The notes under the pieces are model-generated. The model searched no databases and had not been told where the DNA came from. It was given only the letters and a program-made list of their open reading frames with translations. Positions 40,253 to 51,379 of a stretch of DNA of 64,000 nucleotides are shown in pieces. The position numbers and the translations under genes were made by a program. Position 1 is the first letter of the stretch. Each line of letters opens with the position of its first letter. The stretch lies in the NCBI GenBank assembly GCA_000092065.1, contig CP000588.1. One strand, given 5' to 3'. This DNA comes from Ostreococcus lucimarinus (taxonomy: Eukaryota).

Positions 40253-41104
40253 TTAGAACTCGGGTTGTTCGCCCAAGCGATGACACGGCGCGTCGCGGGT
40301 TCCACATCCCTTCGCACACGAGTTATAACACGGCGCCGCGAATGCGGCGTCATTTATGTCCGGCTTTACACCGAATGTCATCACGCAACTCCCATCTTCG
40401 TGATTCGGATCGAGCCGAGCGTCGACGCCGAACGCTTCCTTGAAGAAGCGCTGCGTCGGAATTTTGCAAAAGTTCGCGCAACTCGCTGAACACCCACTTT
40501 GCTCTAAATATCGGCACTTACGCAGCTTCACTTGCGCCATGACCCCATCGCTTTCCCTCGGCATCACTTCGCACGGTCCCACGAGCCAGGCGAAGGCCTC
40601 GCGAGTGATGTACGCGTTCATCTCGTCCACCCACGGCGCCGGCTTTATCATTTTTTTAAACAAAAACCGCACAGGTGCGGGTATGATGGACAAAAGCGCT
40701 CGCGTCACCGCCGCGCGCTGTTCGACCACCGTTCGTCCGTCCGCCAGCGCGTCCGCGAGCGCGACGAGCCGCTCGAATCCGCGCTTCTCGTTCGCGCTCG
40801 CGCTCGCCTCCTCGCCCACCACCGCCGCGAGCTTTGCGTTAAACAACGAGATCGCCAACGCGTCCAGCGCCCCGTCCGCGTACGTCGTGCTTCGGGGATC
40901 GATGACGCCATCTTTATTCGTCGTCGCGCTCGGCGAATACGTCGCGCTCGAGCCTCTGCCGATGCCGAACCGCACGACTTCCACTTCCGTCGAACCGGTG
41001 CTGTCGGACGACGCGCGCGGCCGCGCGTGCCGCGCGTGTCGCGACGAGGGCGACGCGAATCGCGTCGCGCGCGTGTAGTGTGCGCGGACGTCGCGCGCGA
41101 GCAT
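40253..41104 (-). CDS. DWARF27-family beta-carotene isomerase-like protein
   Basis: WLVGPCEV ... EQSGCSASCANFCKIPTQRFFKEAFGVDARLDPNHEDGSCVMTFG matches the D27 conserved core (Cys-rich Fe-S region). An N-terminal presequence is present. Confidence 0.6.
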   Translation of the reverse strand: MLARDVRAHYTRATRFASPSSRHARHARPRASSDSTGSTEVEVVRFGIGRGSSATYSPSATTNKDGVIDPRSTTYADGALDALAISLFNAKLAAVVGEEASASANEKRGFERLVALADALADGRTVVEQRAAVTRALLSIIPAPVRFLFKKMIKPAPWVDEMNAYITREAFAWLVGPCEVMPRESDGVMAQVKLRKCRYLEQSGCSASCANFCKIPTQRFFKEAFGVDARLDPNHEDGSCVMTFGVKPDINDAAFAAPCYNSCAKGCGTRDAPCHRLGEQPEF

Positions 41105-42284
41105 GAGGACGCGCGCGCGAGTGAAGCAGCCGCCGACGAACGCTGTTACAACAGTCGCGCGAGCGCGCGAAACGCGAGCGAAAATAACGCTCGCTCGCTC
41201 GCTCGCGCGGAATACATACGACTAAGTAATGACGCAGCAACAACTCGGGGCGTCGTCCCTCGCTCTCGGATGTCGCACGTCGTCATCAGAACTATCGCTA
41301 TCGTCCTCGTACTCGTACAATCCCGCGTTCGCGCCCGCGCCCTGGCTCGGCAAACGCGCAAACATCCCACCTTCCCCTTCCTCGCTCTCGCTCGGCGTGT
41401 ACTCAATCGTCATCTCCAACGGCCGTTTACGCCGATTTTCATCCCTTCCGCTCGTCGACGGGTCGTTTCGCTCCTCTTCGTCGCGCGGCGCGTCCTCGCT
41501 CGCCTCGTCCTGCCATCGAATGTGCGCCACCCGATCGCGACGCCGCCTTCCCGTCGACGATCGCCGCGCCCCATCGCTCGCCACTTCACTCGTCGTCGCT
41601 TCCGTCGTCGGCATCGTCGTCATCTCCACCGCCGTCGCTTTCGTCGACGTCGTTTTCACGAATCGCGTCTTCACCGCGGACAATCCGCGTCGCGCATTCT
41701 TTTCGTTCGTCGCGGTGTTCGCGCGCGCGATCGAGTCTCGCGAGCGCAGCCCCATTCCAGGCGTTACCGCGCGCGTTTCCGCGCGTCTCGACGGACGCGC
41801 GCGGCGGTGTGGCGACGCGACCGCGCGACGACCGCGCGACGCGTCGAATCGAATCGACGCGCGCCGCGCGCGGCAGAGCGCGTCGCGACGCGCGACGCGC
41901 GATGCCGCCGCGCCTCGACGCGAACGCGCTCGCGACGCTCGCGCGGTGCGCTCGTTCGCGCGCGCGACGCGTCAAGGCGCGATTCGACGCGCGTTTCGCG
42001 GTCGACGAGCGGGACGTCGACGGCGTCGTGCGCGAGGTGTTTCCGGGACCGTTGCTCGCGTGGCCGCCCAAGGAGGGCGTGGACGTCGAGCGCGCGCGCG
42101 CGGAAGTGAGGCGGGGGGAAGTCGACGCGCGCGCGGCGCTGGAGGCGTGGACGCGACGGACGGGAGGGCGCGCGAGGGACGGGACGGAACCGTCGCGGGA
42201 CGAGCGCGACTGGTAGCGAGACATTTTAATTAAAATCCATGTACAGCGATAGCGATGATAGAAGAGAGTGCGAGAGTGCAATTT

Positions 42285-43841
42285 TTAGAGAATGTTACGT
42301 CGTCGGCACAGACGGTAGAGCCAGGCGGACATGCCGATGCACGAACTGATCAACAGCGCGGTGCACAGGTAAAACGCCTTGACGCTCGATTCGAACGTCG
42401 ACGTCAAGTTCATACCGAAAATACCAGTCACGACGGCGCCGATCGCGGCGGCAAAGCTCGCGATGGAGAGCATGAGCTCGATTTTGCTCACCTCGAGACG
42501 TCGAGCCGATAGCGTGACGGAGATGGACTCGTCGAGATCTCTCGTGTTTTCGAGCAACGCCTCGGTGGCTCCGTGCACCGCTTCCGTTTGCTGCACGTAA
42601 TACTCGAGCAAGTTTTCGACTTCCTCCTGTTCTTCCGCCTTGGCCTCGCCCGTGGCTTTGGAAGAAAGCGTCATGCGCTCGATGTCATCTTCGTCGTCTA
42701 AAGTTTCCAGCAACTCGTCTCGAACCGCGGACGCGCGCGATTCGAGCTGCACGAGCGCCTGCTTCATGAAGCGCATCTCGTCAAACGTAGTCTTCTCGAT
42801 CCCGGTTTGAAGCTTGCGCTCGAGCGCGCGGTACCTTCGCGCGCAGTGTTCGAGTCTATTTTCGAGTTGCGCACACGTCTCTTGCAGCGCAGCCTCGACC
42901 ATCGTGAGCTCGAAGGGCAAAACGTCCATGCCGTCGCTGCTGGACTGCGTCGACGCGTTGTTCTGTCTTTGCGTCCACGCCTCGAGAAAGTTCATCGACA
43001 TCATCGTGTCCGGTTCCAACAACAGCGCGTGTTCGGCGCAGATGATGATACGCACACCCAAATTCACCAACACCGAATCCTCGCGAACGATCACCGCGGG
43101 CGTATTCGTCGTCTGCCCGAGCGTCGGGTCGATGCGTCTCAAATCGCGCGGCGACAAATCCGTGTCCCTCAACAGTTGCCTGCGCGTCATGATTTGCTTG
43201 TACGGCACGCGCTGTCCCGCGGCATCGATGCGATACACCGCATAGGGCTTCGATAAATAATGCCCCGCGTGTCGTTCGTGCCTCGATGACCCCTCTCGCA
43301 CGCGTTGCGCGCCCTCCGCCGCGTCCCCGACCCCATTCGCCCCGTTCGCGTTCGACTGAATCTTCTTATCCTCCTCGAACAACCACGCCGAAACGTCCTG
43401 CGACATCGCCGGATTACTTTCAACGTTTTTTTCGCTCTCACTCCTCGACGCTTCGGAATCGCTCACCGCGTTCGACCGCGCGTTTCGTCCCCGCGCGCGT
43501 CGTCTCGCCAACGTCAGCGCCAACGCCGGCGCGCGCGCGAGCGCCCCCCCCATCGTCCCCCATCGCGCGATTTCCTCCCTCCCGCGCGTCGACGACGTCG
43601 AGCACGCGTCCACGCCTCCATCCGCGCCGCCGTCTCTCACCGCGCGCGTCTCTCTCGCGCGCGCACCGCTCGCGCGTTTCAGCGCGTCGCGCGATTCGCG
43701 CGCGGCGATTCCGCGTGCGTCGCCCTCTCGCGTCTTCGCGCGTCGATTCGCGCGCGCTCGCGCGACGCATCGCGCGCGCGTCCGCGTCACTCGCGCTGAA
43801 ACGCGCGCGCTCGCGCGCGTCGTCGTCGTCGTCGTCGCCAT
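42285..43841 (-). CDS. MRS2: CorA/MRS2-family magnesium transporter
   Basis: C-terminal two-TM region with the GMN motif (GIFGMNLTS), an upstream coiled-coil region, and an organellar presequence. Confidence 0.85.
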   Translation of the reverse strand: MATTTTTTRASARVSARVTRTRARCVARARANRRAKTREGDARGIAARESRDALKRASGARARETRAVRDGGADGGVDACSTSSTRGREEIARWGTMGGALARAPALALTLARRRARGRNARSNAVSDSEASRSESEKNVESNPAMSQDVSAWLFEEDKKIQSNANGANGVGDAAEGAQRVREGSSRHERHAGHYLSKPYAVYRIDAAGQRVPYKQIMTRRQLLRDTDLSPRDLRRIDPTLGQTTNTPAVIVREDSVLVNLGVRIIICAEHALLLEPDTMMSMNFLEAWTQRQNNASTQSSSDGMDVLPFELTMVEAALQETCAQLENRLEHCARRYRALERKLQTGIEKTTFDEMRFMKQALVQLESRASAVRDELLETLDDEDDIERMTLSSKATGEAKAEEQEEVENLLEYYVQQTEAVHGATEALLENTRDLDESISVTLSARRLEVSKIELMLSIASFAAAIGAVVTGIFGMNLTSTFESSVKAFYLCTALLISSCIGMSAWLYRLCRRRNIL

Positions 43842-44072
43842 CGTGTGCGGGCGCGCGCGCGCGTCGCGCGATTCGGCGCGTCGTCGGCAGCCATCTTTTT
43901 ATACGACGCGCGCGTCGCATAGAAACGGTGTTTGAGACTATATAGAAGCACTCGGACCGATGAAACCATCACGATAGTGTTTGCGTGTTGATTCGCACCA
44001 CGCGCGCGAATTCAAACGCGACAGCCGCGGCGCGTCGGCGCGTCACGTCGGCGCGCGCGCGAATCGCGAGCG

Positions 44073-45305
44073 ATGGAGGCGGCGATGGCGAAACTGGAGA
44101 CGGCGAAGACGGCGCTGCGCGGCGCGAGCGGGCCGGACGACGGCGATCGCGCGATCGAACTCGCGGGCGAGGCGCTGGAAAAGTTTATGGAGATCGCGAA
44201 CGACGCGGACGCGGACGAGGCGAGCGTGCGACGGGAGACGGCGCGCGCGCACTTTGTGTACGGAGAGGCGCTGTTTCGAGGCGCGCAGGCGCAAAACACG
44301 GTGTTCGGGGAACAGGTGCGGGCGAACGCGGAGGCGAGCGGGACGAGGCTGGAGGACGCGCCCGAGGACGAAGACGTGGGCGAGGAAGACGAGGAAGAAG
44401 GAGCGGGCGCGACGGAGGGCGAGAAGAACGGTAAGGAAGCCGCGGATGACGAGGACGAGGGCGAGGAGGATGAGGAAGAGTCTGATATGGAGTTGGCGTG
44501 GAAGATGTTGGAGACGGCGCGCGTGATGTTTGAAGAGGACGCGAACGCGGCGTTGGAATTGGCGGATGTTTTAGAGACGATCGGGGAGTTGAACATGGAA
44601 CAGTCGCAATTTGATACGGCGTTGTCGGATTACAAGTCGGCGTTGAAGCTCTTGGAAGAAAACTTGGAAGCGACGGATAGGCGTTTGGCGAGCGCGCTGT
44701 ATTCGATTTCCATCGCTAATCAAATGATGGAGGCGAATGACGACGCGCTCGCGGCGAACACGCGCGCGATCGAAATCTGTGACGCGCGAATCGCGGAGCT
44801 CAAAGCTGGGACGGCGCGCGTGAGCAAGGGTGCGCGCGAGAACGCGGATGAAGTCGTCTCGCCCGAGGCTGCCATCGCCGAGTTGGAGCAAATAATGGGC
44901 GTGGCGTCCGATTTGAAGGAGCGCCAACTCGAGCTGAAAGAGCTCGTCAGTGCGGACAACTCCACGCGCGAAGCTCTCCGACAGGCGTTCAAGGCGATCG
45001 GCGGTGCAGCGCCCCCGGGTGCGTCGGAGCCGGAGGAGAGCGCCGGTTTCGCCGCTCCGACGCTTACGTCGAGCGTTCCCGTGCAAGCGGCGCCTGTTCG
45101 CCGCGTATTACCCGCGCCTGTTCGCCGCGTCGAGGTCGCACCGCTTCAAGAAGCGCCGGCGAAGCGCGTGGAGCCGCAGCAAACGTCCGCGCCCGCTGCC
45201 GCTCCAGAGGCGAAGAAGATGAAACCGACGCCCGTGGACAAAGCCGCGTTGATTGGTGCGACTGCTCCCAAGGACGCCGAACCAAACGGATGCCCGCAGC
45301 AGTAG
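44073..45305 (+). CDS. NASP: NASP/Sim3/Hif1 (SHNi-TPR) family histone H3/H4 chaperone-like protein
   Basis: TPR-like repeats interrupted by a long acidic stretch (EDEDVGEEDEEEGAG...DEDEGEEDEEESD), then ELAWKMLETARVMF and a further TPR region. This layout is characteristic of the SHNi-TPR family. Confidence 0.55.
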   Translation: MEAAMAKLETAKTALRGASGPDDGDRAIELAGEALEKFMEIANDADADEASVRRETARAHFVYGEALFRGAQAQNTVFGEQVRANAEASGTRLEDAPEDEDVGEEDEEEGAGATEGEKNGKEAADDEDEGEEDEEESDMELAWKMLETARVMFEEDANAALELADVLETIGELNMEQSQFDTALSDYKSALKLLEENLEATDRRLASALYSISIANQMMEANDDALAANTRAIEICDARIAELKAGTARVSKGARENADEVVSPEAAIAELEQIMGVASDLKERQLELKELVSADNSTREALRQAFKAIGGAAPPGASEPEESAGFAAPTLTSSVPVQAAPVRRVLPAPVRRVEVAPLQEAPAKRVEPQQTSAPAAAPEAKKMKPTPVDKAALIGATAPKDAEPNGCPQQ

Positions 45306-45387
45306 TGCAGTAGTTGATCGAGTTCGCTACTAGTGTAATCGTCATGAATTAAAACAACCATGCTGTTAGCACCTACTGTGCCCTAAG

Positions 45388-46494
45388 CTATCTGAAGAAT
45401 ATAGTCGTCATCGCAAAGACGGCGATGCCCACGGCGACGCTCGTCGCCATCGTCGCGTTTGTCACGCTATTAGCACCTACTGTGCCGAGCAAACTGGTGT
45501 TTCGGGGCTTGATATCTAACGTCGCGACGAGCGGGAAGTGATCGCTCACGCTTGAAGTGACGAGGTCGTGGCGAATCGCCGCGCTGACGACTTCGATGTC
45601 CGCTCGAGACGTCAAAATGTAGTCTAATTTTGCCTTAGACGACCCGCTTTGCCACGTGTACCGACTGACTTGCGCGATTCGCCCACCAACCTCCTCTAAC
45701 TCGTCCACGCCGTCGTCGTTGAAATCGCGCAATCGTTTCAGCACCTTGCTCGTCGGCGAGTTGTTTCCCGCGTCGACGTGGCGATCGGAATAATCGTTCA
45801 AATCCCCGGCGACGATGACGGCGTCTCCGGCGTCGTATCGCGCTTGCGCGATCGCCCGCAACACCTCAACCTGCGCTTCTCGCTGCGCACAGCTACTCGG
45901 CTGCGTCGGATTAGCTTTCAAGTGCGCCCCGATGACGCTGACGTATCGACCGCTCACGGATATCCGCGTCCAAAAATGTTTCGACACGCCGCTCTCCTTA
46001 CTTCCCGAGTACGCGCACGACGACTGCGACGCGTCCCAGGTCGCTCGATTTTCCGTCCGCACAAGATTTGAGCTGAAATCGATTTTGGTCAGCATTCCAA
46101 CCTCCTGCTGCGTCGCGCTATCCGTTCCGTCGACCATCCCGCGCGCGTACGCGGGCGAAGCGTTCGCCGCGCGCGCCAGCGTCTCGCACGTCTCATTCTC
46201 CACGATCACCACGCAATCCGCGTCGACCGCCTGCACGACCGCGCGCACGGCGTCCGCGTGCGCCGACGCCGCGGCCGCGTCCCCGTTCGCGTACGGCGAC
46301 GCCGCCACGTCGTTCACGCCGTCGAACAACCACTTCGCGTTCCAAGTCGCAAACGTCAAAGTCGTCGCGCTGGGCGACGCGCGACGATCGCTCGCGACGA
46401 TCGGCGCGGCGTGACACGTCGTGGCGCTCGCGAACGATGTCTGGACGAGCGCGACGAGCGCGACGAGCGCGACGCGCGCCGCGCGGCGCGACAT
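45388..46494 (-). CDS. Secreted or membrane-anchored endonuclease/exonuclease/phosphatase (EEP) family protein
   Basis: Signal peptide (RVALVALVALVQTSFA), EEP-fold motifs (TFATWNAKWLFDG, VIVAGDLNDY, SDHFPLVATL) and a hydrophobic C-terminus. Confidence 0.65.
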   Translation of the reverse strand: MSRRAARVALVALVALVQTSFASATTCHAAPIVASDRRASPSATTLTFATWNAKWLFDGVNDVAASPYANGDAAAASAHADAVRAVVQAVDADCVVIVENETCETLARAANASPAYARGMVDGTDSATQQEVGMLTKIDFSSNLVRTENRATWDASQSSCAYSGSKESGVSKHFWTRISVSGRYVSVIGAHLKANPTQPSSCAQREAQVEVLRAIAQARYDAGDAVIVAGDLNDYSDRHVDAGNNSPTSKVLKRLRDFNDDGVDELEEVGGRIAQVSRYTWQSGSSKAKLDYILTSRADIEVVSAAIRHDLVTSSVSDHFPLVATLDIKPRNTSLLGTVGANSVTNATMATSVAVGIAVFAMTTIFFR

Positions 46495-46684
46495 TCGTCA
46501 CGTTTTGAGGTTTACTTAACGACCTCACATTAAGTAAACCGACCTCACATTCAAGCGCGGTGGTGCGCCGTCCATCGCCGCGTCCAAGCGAGGCGCGCGT
46601 AGGAGAGAGCTAGACGTCGCACTCGTGCGCGCGCGCCGCTCGAATCACCGCGAAAGACGACGCGCGCGCGGCGCGAGGGGAGGG

Positions 46685-47950
46685 ATGGCGATGGAAATCG
46701 CACTGCCGCTCACGAACGAATGGGTGCGGAAACTCGCGACGGCGATGGAAGCGAACACGCACTGCAGCGTGCCGCGAAGGATATCTAAAATTCTATCCGC
46801 CACCGAGGTTGAAAAGCTGTTCACCGCGGTCGCGCGAGTGCTGAAACGGGAGAAAACTTTGGTGCGCGTGAGGGGCGACGGCGACGACGATTTTGACGAA
46901 GTCGTCGTGGTGGGCGATACCCACGGACAGTATCACGACGTCTTGAAACTTTTCGAGCTCGCGGGCGAGCCCGAAAAGAAGAAAATGTTCGTGTTTAATG
47001 GTGATTTCGTCGATCGCGGGGCCTGGGGAGTGGAAGTGTTGTTGTTGTTGTTGGCGCGCAAGGCGCTCGCGCCGGAGCGCGTAATTTTACTCAGAGGGAA
47101 CCACGAGACGGAATTTTGCACGGAGTGCTACGGATTTGAGCGTGAGTTGAGCGTCAAATACGGGAAAACCGCAGGACGGCGGTTGTATCCAATGTTTTTA
47201 GAGTTGTGCGCGGCGTTGCCGTTAGCTTGCAAGGTGGGGGACGCCACGTTGATTTTACACGGCGGATTGTTTCGAAGCGCGTCGTTGTCGAAGAGGGAGG
47301 CGGCGACGAACCCGAAATTAGGGACATTGGCAGAATTAGAGAAGGCATCAAAAGGCGGCGCGGATCCAATCGGTGAAGGCCGCTCAATGATTGCGGGAGA
47401 CGTATTGTGGAGCGACCCCATTCCTGAAGATGGTTTGCACCACAACGAAAACCGGGGCATCGGCATTCAATTCGGGCCAGCGCAAACACTCGAATTCTTG
47501 CGCAACGAAAATTTAAAGCTAATTATTCGTTCACACGAAGGTCCGGATGCGAGACATGATCGACCGGAGATGCCGAGCATCATGAGCGGTTTTTGCGTCG
47601 ATCACGACTTTGGCGAAGACGGGAAATTGTGCACGCTGTTCAGCGCGCCCAACTACCCGCAGTTTATCGAAGTCGATGACTTGCGCCACAACAACCTCGC
47701 ATCGTTCGTCACGCTGAGCCGCGCGACGAACTTTTGCGATCCAGTGCCGACGTCGTTCGATGCCGTGCCTCGACCGCCGAGTCAGTGTTATTACGAGTTA
47801 GATTTAAATGGAAGCGATGCGGAGGGGCCCGAGAGCGACATTCGTCCCCACGAGCCTCTGCACATCGACGTCGGCGAGGGCGACGAGGGCGCAAGATGGA
47901 AAGAGGATGAACTCTCGCACAAGCTCACCTTAGATCGCGACCAAACGTGA
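46685..47950 (+). CDS. PPP-family serine/threonine protein phosphatase (PP5/PP7-like catalytic domain)
   Basis: GDTHGQ, GDFVDRG, LRGNHE, HGG and the other calcineurin-like metallophosphatase motifs. Start taken at M 46685. Confidence 0.8.
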   Translation: MAMEIALPLTNEWVRKLATAMEANTHCSVPRRISKILSATEVEKLFTAVARVLKREKTLVRVRGDGDDDFDEVVVVGDTHGQYHDVLKLFELAGEPEKKKMFVFNGDFVDRGAWGVEVLLLLLARKALAPERVILLRGNHETEFCTECYGFERELSVKYGKTAGRRLYPMFLELCAALPLACKVGDATLILHGGLFRSASLSKREAATNPKLGTLAELEKASKGGADPIGEGRSMIAGDVLWSDPIPEDGLHHNENRGIGIQFGPAQTLEFLRNENLKLIIRSHEGPDARHDRPEMPSIMSGFCVDHDFGEDGKLCTLFSAPNYPQFIEVDDLRHNNLASFVTLSRATNFCDPVPTSFDAVPRPPSQCYYELDLNGSDAEGPESDIRPHEPLHIDVGEGDEGARWKEDELSHKLTLDRDQT

Positions 47951-48329
47951 TGTCAAATAATACTCTTTAGTTCCACCAACCACACTTCACACTTCGTCTC
48001 GCGCGTGGTCGCATACATGCCGCGCGCCGCCGCCGCGACGTCCGAGCACGCAAAACGTCATCGCGTCGACGGTAACGCGCAGTCCTCGTCGGCGTCTCCG
48101 GACAACGACGAAGAGCTGGAAACTTTGGTGTGGAAGGTGTACCGGGCGCACCGCGATAAAGCGGCGAAATCGACGTCGCTGCGCGGCGAGGACGTCGTAG
48201 ACGGCGACGAGGGGATACGCACTAGCGCTGTGTCCGTTGTCGAGCGAGCGTTGCGCGCGCCAGTGGACGCGTTGACGAATTTGTGAGGGAGGTGCTCGTG
48301 GAGAGCCGAACCAGGCGGCGAGGCGCGCG

Positions 48330-49385
48330 ATGTCAACGGTTTCCCGTCCACACACGCAGCAGCGAAAGGTTTCGCGACGGCGACGGGTGATTCGACGGTT
48401 CGTCGCGCTGATCGCGGTTGCGTTCGTGTCGGCTACGGTGTTTGAGGGGGTGGTATTGTGGACGCACAAAGCGTTCGCGGCGCCTTGGACGTCTGCGGCG
48501 GCGTTCGCGGAGGAGTGGGCGGACATGCCGTTGAAGTGCCAACGACGGTTAGCAGGATCGTTGCCAGTAGACATGCCCACGCGGTCACGCTCGAGAACGT
48601 ACGTTGAGATGGGCCGAACGGCGCGTGAACGCGGAATCGAGGTGTTTGGCGCGAGAGACGGGAGGAGCGCGGCGACGCAAGGTTTGAGGCTCGACGATAT
48701 GTTTAAGATCGGCGTAGATGGAAAGATTTCCCCCAACCTAATGGTTCTCGAGGTACCGGTGCGTGCGATCGTGATTCCGTTTCCCGTGGGTGCCGTCAGT
48801 CAAATCCTACACCAAGGCACGGTGAAGCATCTGCGAAGGTTCGGCTTCGTGGATGAAACCAATGTGTACTTGCAGAACCCGGAAATGTTCCATTTCAGCG
48901 TATTTCACGCGTCGCATCATCTAGAAGAACACGCGGTGAGTGAGGTGGGCTTCCGGGAAGAGGTAAGTGCGATCAGGTCCGTGACGCGCAAGTTTTGTCC
49001 GATTCGCGCCGTGCTGGAGCGCGTGACAGTGACTAGCGGAGGCGTCGTCGTCGCCGGTTGGAACGTTGAACGCACGTCGTTGGGCGAACCGAGCGACTTA
49101 CGCGCGAGACTTCGCGAAGTGCTACCACGAGCACCGACGAAGCAGCTCGTCAGCGACGCTTTCATTCTTCACACCACCCTCGCGCGTTTGGTGCGACCAC
49201 CTGACGGCACTGTCGCTGAGACGCTTGCCGACGCCATGTCGCGCGATTTGACGGACGAGTTCTGCGGTTTAGAGCTCACCCTCGACCGAGCGTGGTTCGT
49301 GAGCGAGCATCATAAGCTCGCCTTAGCGTTGAAAGGAGCCGTCGATAAGTTAGACATGCCGTTCGATTGTCATAGCAGTGGTTAG
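48330..49385 (+). CDS. 2H phosphoesterase superfamily protein (LigT/cyclic phosphodiesterase-like) with an N-terminal membrane anchor
   Basis: Two H-x-[ST]-x motifs (HFSVFH and LHTTLA) about 90 aa apart, as in 2H phosphoesterases. The N-terminal helix is RRFVALIAVAFVSATVF. Confidence 0.5.
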   Translation: MSTVSRPHTQQRKVSRRRRVIRRFVALIAVAFVSATVFEGVVLWTHKAFAAPWTSAAAFAEEWADMPLKCQRRLAGSLPVDMPTRSRSRTYVEMGRTARERGIEVFGARDGRSAATQGLRLDDMFKIGVDGKISPNLMVLEVPVRAIVIPFPVGAVSQILHQGTVKHLRRFGFVDETNVYLQNPEMFHFSVFHASHHLEEHAVSEVGFREEVSAIRSVTRKFCPIRAVLERVTVTSGGVVVAGWNVERTSLGEPSDLRARLREVLPRAPTKQLVSDAFILHTTLARLVRPPDGTVAETLADAMSRDLTDEFCGLELTLDRAWFVSEHHKLALALKGAVDKLDMPFDCHSSG

Positions 49386-49477
49386 CTAGAAGTGCACCTC
49401 CCCGAGAGCGACAAAGTAATGGTCCCTGATTTCGTTGTTTTGACGCCAAAAGGAAACGTATAAGTTGATTTTGGGGT

Positions 49478-49891
49478 ATGGAAGGTCAGTCAGATTATGA
49501 TACGAATACAGTCCAGAAGAAGAAACTTTACGAGGAGTTTGATCTCGAACTCATCGATGTATGGCCAGCCAACCTCGATGATTTAGACGCCTATCAAGAA
49601 AACTGGCACAATACCGCGTTAGGACCGCGTTTTGAGCACATAGTCGCGATGAACTGTGCGGCGCTCCGTAAGAAATATACAAAGGCACTGTCATCAGGAA
49701 GCGACGACTTTCCCGTCTTTGTCACAATGTCTTTGTTACAACTACTGGCAGCAGTGGGCGCAGGGCTCTCGGTGTGGCTCTTGGCGTGGCTCCTGGCGTG
49801 GGGTATGCGACTAGTGATAAGGCGTGCTCGGACAAAGCATAGGAGAATGGGGTGGCGGAGACTCGAAGATGAGTTGGACACACAAATATAG
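49478..49891 (+). CDS. Hypothetical 137-aa ORF with atypical low-GC codon usage and a C-terminal TM helix
   Basis: About 47% GC against roughly 68% in neighbouring genes, with no third-position G/C bias. The hydrophobic C-terminus is LLQLLAAVGAGLSVWLLAWLLAWGM. No recognizable family. Confidence 0.3.
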   Translation: MEGQSDYDTNTVQKKKLYEEFDLELIDVWPANLDDLDAYQENWHNTALGPRFEHIVAMNCAALRKKYTKALSSGSDDFPVFVTMSLLQLLAAVGAGLSVWLLAWLLAWGMRLVIRRARTKHRRMGWRRLEDELDTQI

Positions 49892-50401
49892 ATGGGTGAC
49901 GTGGCACAGTCGCGCGACATAGAATAACGATATTCTATATCTGCTTAATATTCTGCTTAAGATCTCGGCACTTTCGCTTAAGATCTCTTCAGAATGGAAT
50001 CTCTGAACGCAAGGCGTGGATGTACATTGAACCATGAACGAGGCGGGACGCTTTTTTGGATTACAAGTGTAGGTCTACTTTTACGTTTCGCGGACTCCGC
50101 TTGAGTCGGCCGATGTCACCATGTCAGGTGCTTCGAGTGCACTAGAGACGTGACCGCCGATACACAGGACGTCGAGCTCGGCGTGCCTGATTTCTTACTG
50201 GAAAAAGTACAGTTATTACAAAAGTTGTGTGGTGATTTTTTAGTTTCCGCTTTATATGTTTCGCTTGGCTGTTCCCTGATGATGCCGTTTAGGCGCGTTT
50301 GTGGTGACACCCTAGCTCTATCCTCGCTTTTCTGTATTTCATCAACTACGCAAAAGACACTCAGGCCGGAGTATACCAATATAACGGAGAATTTGCGGCC
50401 A

Positions 50402-51379
50402 TCACTGGCCTTCTTGCTCGAAAAGGGCGGCGTCGATGAGAAGCGCGGAACCGATGAGCGTCGATCGCATCGCCCTGTTCGACTTATCGGGCCAGTTGAC
50501 GCTGTAAACGTTCTTCTTGAAACAACACTCATTTTTGAACCCTGCCCAGAGGTCGGTGATGGCCGCTTCGCCGCCGTCGTGCGCCTCCATGGTCTCTGGG
50601 TCGCGAATGTAAAACGGCACACGGAAGCACTTGCCCTTGACGCCATCGAATTTACACTGCACGCAGCATCCACCGAAACACGTATTCGGGCGAATCATGT
50701 ACATGAGATTGTTCTGCGCGTCGAGTACTTTAAACTTGGGAACGAACAAGTGTAGGTCGCACATGTACTGCGTTCGCCCGAGCTTCGTGCCATTCGCGTC
50801 GAAGCTATCCATGTAAGGCAAACAGCAGCACATCGGACACCGCACGGCCCCGTCTTCGCTGCAACCTACAATGACATTCTGTCCGCACGTCTGATTCTTA
50901 CGATGCGTCAATACCGACTTACTATCGGGTGCCGTGCCGTGCTCGTCCTCCCACTCACGCCGATCCAACGTGCGATACGTGGTTGCCCGGCACCCAGGCG
51001 CCCAGCAGCTCCACGCGCGACCGCAATACCCGGCGTCTTCCTGAATCCAAAACTCCCCCTCTTGGAGCTGGTCGAAATCGATCTCCGCGCCTCTCGGGAC
51101 TTGATGCGCAATCGTCCAATGGATGTTCGGCTGGCACACGAAGCAGCGACAACACTCGTTGGTCTTTTGCTTGAGAAGGATCCCGTTCGAGTCGAGATGT
51201 TCGTCGAACGCGGACATTTGTTGCGCCGGAGGGGCAACGCATGCCATAGGAGAGGGTGCCATCTCTATTGGAACGACTCGCGTTGTGACGGCGACGACGA
51301 CGCGATCTGCCCGCACGCAATTTAGGGTAAATCTGACGATAACTTTGCCCAAATTATCGTCAAAATTAAGGTCTGTCAA
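50402..51379 (-). CDS. Phospholipid scramblase family protein
   Basis: Cys-rich palmitoylation-type motif (RCPMCCCLPY) and a C-terminal hydrophobic helix ending LLIDAALFE, as in PLSCR proteins. The gene is about 57% GC, lower than its neighbours. Confidence 0.65.
   Translation of the reverse strand: MTDLNFDDNLGKVIVRFTLNCVRADRVVVAVTTRVVPIEMAPSPMACVAPPAQQMSAFDEHLDSNGILLKQKTNECCRCFVCQPNIHWTIAHQVPRGAEIDFDQLQEGEFWIQEDAGYCGRAWSCWAPGCRATTYRTLDRREWEDEHGTAPDSKSVLTHRKNQTCGQNVIVGCSEDGAVRCPMCCCLPYMDSFDANGTKLGRTQYMCDLHLFVPKFKVLDAQNNLMYMIRPNTCFGGCCVQCKFDGVKGKCFRVPFYIRDPETMEAHDGGEAAITDLWAGFKNECCFKKNVYSVNWPDKSNRAMRSTLIGSALLIDAALFEQEGQ

Noticed and set aside
48005-48286. 93-aa ORF between the phosphatase and the 2H phosphoesterase gene
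   Set aside because: Its composition is host-like but it has no motif support. It may be a 5' exon or uORF of the downstream gene, and the sequence alone gives too little to call it.
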